Below, one piece after another: positions 48,065 through 50,503 of a stretch of DNA of 50,503 bases. A program made the translations under genes and the position numbers. The notes below the pieces were generated by a model. The model made no database searches, had not been told where the DNA came from, and saw nothing but the letters and a program-made list of their open reading frames with translations. Every line of letters begins with the position of its first letter. Within the stretch, counting starts at the first letter, position 1. This stretch comes from a bacterium (GTDB lineage: Bacteria > Patescibacteriota > JACMRA01), in NCBI GenBank assembly GCA_043764315.1, contig JAYUKQ010000071.1:1-50503 (forward strand), in the 5' to 3' direction.

Positions 48065-49171
48065 TTAATTTGTTGTTATGGGTTTAATTTGATTATTCCC
48101 CTCGTGAGGGGTGGCAGCAAAGCTGACGGGGTGTTCTTTTTTGGATTTCAAATGATTATACAAATTCCCCATAACAATATCCATTGCTTTTTTAATCTCA
48201 ATATCACTATAATGCAAAACCTCCAAACCGTGACCAATCAAATATTCTTCTCGCTTTACATCATATTCACCTTTGAAGTTGTGACTCTCACCATCGATCT
48301 CAACCACAATTCCAAGCTCAGGACAGAAGAAATCTACAATATAATTACCAATTATTTTTTGCCTCTCAAAATCCAGTCCTAATAGTTGTTTGTTTTTAAT
48401 TTTATTCCAAAACAGTACTTCTGATAATACTCCTGCCTTTCTATGCTCTTTAGCATTTTCTTTGAGTTTTGGATTATATGGAAGGTTTTGATGTTTGGAA
48501 TATTTAGCTTTGGTTGGAATGCCAAACACCCCGTCAGTCTGCGACTGCCACCCCTCAAGAGGGGAATTCTCTTCAATATCTTTCTCGGCAAAGGGATTTT
48601 CGTCGTTGATTAATTCAATTCCCATATCATCTCGAAAATCAAAGGTAACTCGTTGTTTGAGATCCTCACCAACCTCCAAAGTCCTTTCAAAGTTGTTTTG
48701 GGCTAGGAGACTATTTTGGTATAAGCCTCGCTTGATTTGGTCTGTGAGATCGTATTTTGACCAGCCGTTACTAATTGATTTTTTGATGTAGAATTCAGCC
48801 TCAAGCGGGTCTTTGCACTTGTCCAAAATTATTTTATTATTACTCCAGCTAATTTGGGCTACCAGTGGATGCCCGATTGTATTGTTGCAATAAGTCTCAT
48901 AAAACTGTCGCATATATTTGATTTCCCTAAATGAAAAACCGCCAACTCCAGCAAACTCTACTTGCAAATCTTTGGATAGATTCTCAACAACTTTGGAACC
49001 CCAATTGGCATTTGTGGCTTTCTCACTGATAATTTTACCAAGATCCCAAGCCATCATCACTTTCTCGCTACTAAAGGCCTTGAGCACATTGTATTGAGCT
49101 TGTTTGACCCTAAGGACTAAGGCATCGAGTGTTGATTTGTATTCTTGTGGTATTAGATTAGACATATTCAT
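48065..49171 (-). CDS. fusion protein: DUF1016 (YhcG) N-terminal domain + DUF559 (Vsr-like) endonuclease domain, joined and terminated by repeat-encoded peptides
   Basis: The first roughly 200 residues carry WGSKVVENLSKDL, GFSFREIKYMRQFY, AQISWSNN, FYIKKSISNGWS and so match DUF1016_N. Later residues SEVLFWNKIKNKQLLGLDFERQKIIGNYIVDFFCPELGIVVEIDGESH...REEYL..HGLEVLHY match DUF559. The usual DUF1016 C-terminal nuclease core is absent. Confidence 0.8.
   Translation of the reverse strand: MNMSNLIPQEYKSTLDALVLRVKQAQYNVLKAFSSEKVMMAWDLGKIISEKATNANWGSKVVENLSKDLQVEFAGVGGFSFREIKYMRQFYETYCNNTIGHPLVAQISWSNNKIILDKCKDPLEAEFYIKKSISNGWSKYDLTDQIKRGLYQNSLLAQNNFERTLEVGEDLKQRVTFDFRDDMGIELINDENPFAEKDIEENSPLEGWQSQTDGVFGIPTKAKYSKHQNLPYNPKLKENAKEHRKAGVLSEVLFWNKIKNKQLLGLDFERQKIIGNYIVDFFCPELGIVVEIDGESHNFKGEYDVKREEYLIGHGLEVLHYSDIEIKKAMDIVMGNLYNHLKSKKEHPVSFAATPHEGNNQIKPITTN
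48095..48133 (-). repeat. GC-rich palindromic repeat, copy A (inverted relative to B-D)
   Basis: attcccctcgtgaggggtggcagcaaagctgacggggtg. Its reverse complement matches copy B except for the 5- versus 7-nt internal spacer and one loop base. It encodes HPVSFAATPHEGN at the C-terminus of the fusion protein. Confidence 0.9.
48527..48567 (+). repeat. GC-rich palindromic repeat, copy B
   Basis: caccccgtcagtctgcgactgccacccctcaagaggggaat. It encodes SPLEGWQSQTDGV at the DUF1016_N/DUF559 junction. Confidence 0.9.
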
Positions 49172-49692
49172 TTAATATCGTTAGTGCGTAAGTTTTCTAG
49201 AAAGCTGCCTTCGTAGTACAGATACTGAAGACAGTTGACGTAGGTACTTACTTTAAAGCCTTTTTGTGTCAATCCAACGATAAGCGAAGTTGCTTGGTTG
49301 ACAGATCCAACGTTCGTAAAAATCATTTTATCATTGTAGAAAACATCGCAACAACAACTTTTAGTTTTACTTTTTTTGGACTTTCCAATGCACAAATCTT
49401 CCTTAATTTTTATCAAATACTCTGAATAGTTTAATTCGTATCCACCTCTTGAGAATTGTAAAACTGAGTTAGCTCTTATGGTAAAGTAGTCTCCACCACT
49501 TTCTTCTAGCTTAGGTTTTATTTTAGAGTTAAAATCAATAGGTTTGTCTATTTGATGTACACTCAAAAAACTCTCTGGATCAATTTGATTTACAGAAATT
49601 ATCTGAAAGGGAGCAATTTGGTATAGTTCAAGCTCAGGATAAGTATAGAATTTGTCTCCTATTTTTATAATTTGTATCGGTTGTGTAGACAT
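49168..49692 (-). CDS. hypothetical protein (ORFan within the Type I R-M locus)
   Basis: 174-aa ORF. Its TGA stop overlaps the ATG of the downstream fusion gene (ATGA), and it starts 14 nt after the hsdS stop. No motif recognised, apart from a Cys cluster SCCCD. Confidence 0.6.
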   Translation of the reverse strand: MSTQPIQIIKIGDKFYTYPELELYQIAPFQIISVNQIDPESFLSVHQIDKPIDFNSKIKPKLEESGGDYFTIRANSVLQFSRGGYELNYSEYLIKIKEDLCIGKSKKSKTKSCCCDVFYNDKMIFTNVGSVNQATSLIVGLTQKGFKVSTYVNCLQYLYYEGSFLENLRTNDIK

Positions 49693-49706
49693 ATTTTGTT
49701 AGTGAT

Positions 49707-50503
49707 TTAGATTAGTATCTTCCCAGTAACGGCATTGTAAATCAGAGACTTTTTGTACTCCAAGATCAACTCAATCTCACGCTGAATCTTGCCGATTGTG
49801 TCATCAATAATAGCATTTTGGGTATCTAGGTAAGCTACGATTTGTTGTTGAGTTGATAAACTAGGTATTAAAATTTTAAATTCCCCTATAACTTGCAAAT
49901 TCAAACCATCTCGTAATCCATCTCCAGCAATTCCTCTAAGTTCTCTGTATGCAGAATCAAGTAAAAAATATAGGTATTTATTATTTAATAAGTTATTTGG
50001 TTTTATTACACCTAATGATTGATTGCAAGTTGTTTTTATGTTCACAAGTGCAACAGTGCCTTTGGTTTTTCCCTGCCCAGCCAAAGCAATTACCAACGAA
50101 CCAGATTCTATCCACTTTGCAGAAGAATTATTTAAACCTAACTCGGTTATATGATCTGTTGCGTAATTAATTATACCTTGATTTACTTCACCAGAGGCTA
50201 GCCAAGGAATTGTTCCATTTGTCCAGTATTCAGGCTTATCCTTTGATGGTGTACCCCCAGAATAAATATTTGAAAATCTTTTGAGATATGTGCAAACCCA
50301 ATCGCTGGGAATATCGCCGAGCCACTCTACTCCAGAGGGTTTTAATACCCCGTCAGCTCCGCTGCCACCCCTTTGGAAATACCCCGTCAGTCTACGACTG
50401 CCACCCCTTTGGAAAAGGGGAATGGTAGTTTTGCCAGTGACGGCGTTGTAGATCAGAGACTTTTTTTGTTCCTGTAGAAGGCTGATAATCTTGGTTTTGT
50501 CCG
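49707..50503 (-). CDS. hsdS: Type I restriction enzyme S subunit (HsdS), 5'-partial: central conserved region, repeat insertion, TRD2, C-terminal conserved region
   Basis: The frame is open from the window end. It reads DKTKIISLLQEQKKSLIYNAVTGKTTI, then repeat-encoded PLFQRGGSRRLTGYFQRGGSGADGVL, then LKPSGVEWLGDIPSDW (TRD start), and ends in LILEYKKSLIYNAVTGKILI. The ORF-track start at 50096 is an internal TTG. Confidence 0.85.
   Translation of the reverse strand, partial: DKTKIISLLQEQKKSLIYNAVTGKTTIPLFQRGGSRRLTGYFQRGGSGADGVLKPSGVEWLGDIPSDWVCTYLKRFSNIYSGGTPSKDKPEYWTNGTIPWLASGEVNQGIINYATDHITELGLNNSSAKWIESGSLVIALAGQGKTKGTVALVNIKTTCNQSLGVIKPNNLLNNKYLYFLLDSAYRELRGIAGDGLRDGLNLQVIGEFKILIPSLSTQQQIVAYLDTQNAIIDDTIGKIQREIELILEYKKSLIYNAVTGKILI
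50346..50379 (+). repeat. GC-rich palindromic repeat, copy C (lacks the closing AGGGG arm)
   Basis: taccccgtcagctccgctgccacccctttggaaa, directly abutting copy D. Confidence 0.85.
50380..50423 (+). repeat. GC-rich palindromic repeat, copy D
   Basis: taccccgtcagtctacgactgccacccctttggaaaaggggaat. It has the same ACCCCGTCAG-N7-CTGCCACCCCT-loop-AGGGGAAT architecture as copy B. Confidence 0.9.

Larger units (their letters stand above)
48095..48567. mobile_element. candidate IR-flanked DUF559 cassette (473 bp)
   Basis: Copies A and B are terminal inverted repeats with hairpin ends outward (ATTCCCCTC.TGAGGGGTGGCAG). They bracket exactly the DUF559 domain-coding segment. G+C is far above the local background. 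Confidence 0.5.

Noticed and set aside
48095-50423. Possibility that the four GC-rich repeats are a CRISPR array
   Set aside because: The spacing is irregular (about 390 bp, about 1.8 kb, 0 bp) and one copy is inverted. All copies lie inside ORFs and are translated, and no cas genes are present.
1-50503. Alternative genetic code (UGA recoding, as in Gracilibacteria/Absconditabacteria) as an explanation for the truncated mnmA/uvrB/VirB4-like genes
   Set aside because: The truncated ORFs end at TAA, and homology does not resume downstream. Long ORFs (up to 997 aa) are intact under the standard code. At least one gene (49168..49692) appears to use TGA as its stop. The tRNA with anticodon UGA is an ordinary class II tRNA-Ser.

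Overview
AT-rich (roughly one-third G+C by eye), gene-dense bacterial window. It has small genes, many Asn/Ser-rich surface proteins, few Shine-Dalgarno sites and several domain-minimal enzymes, a style that fits a reduced CPR/Patescibacteria-like genome (inference only). Standard genetic code: long ORFs are uninterrupted and TAA stops dominate. Recognisable housekeeping genes are msrA, thioredoxin, clpP, guaB (no CBS domain), lepB, dnaA, fmt, a riboflavin kinase, murI, sufE, rpsT, dnaJ, sufS, dnaN, folD, flavodoxin and a 2-oxoacid:ferredoxin oxidoreductase beta subunit. There are also three tRNAs: Cys-GCA, Ser-TGA and Gly-GCC. The most unusual content is at the 3' end (45-50.5 kb), a Type I restriction-modification locus (hsdS ... 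hsdR) with two cargo genes between S and R. One cargo gene is a DUF1016 N-domain fused to a DUF559 (Vsr-like) endonuclease module. That module is bracketed by 39-41 bp GC-rich inverted repeats lying in-frame in the coding sequence. Two more tandem copies of the same repeat sit in-frame inside hsdS. I read this as a candidate palindromic, gene-invading mobile element family associated with DUF559. Other notable points: (1) tandem paralogous membrane proteins and a VirB4-N-terminal-like protein that resemble the non-ATPase parts of type IV secretion ATPases; (2) a ricin-lectin/putative hydrolase gene overlapping a small membrane-protein gene; (3) truncated mnmA and uvrB genes that mark rearrangement breakpoints; (4) dnaA and dnaN about 17 kb apart on opposite strands; (5) TTGACA hexamers 35-40 nt upstream of nine start codons, suggesting leaderless mRNAs; (6) an enriched TAACCT motif just upstream of start codons. 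No rRNA, CRISPR array, integrase or transposase was recognised.
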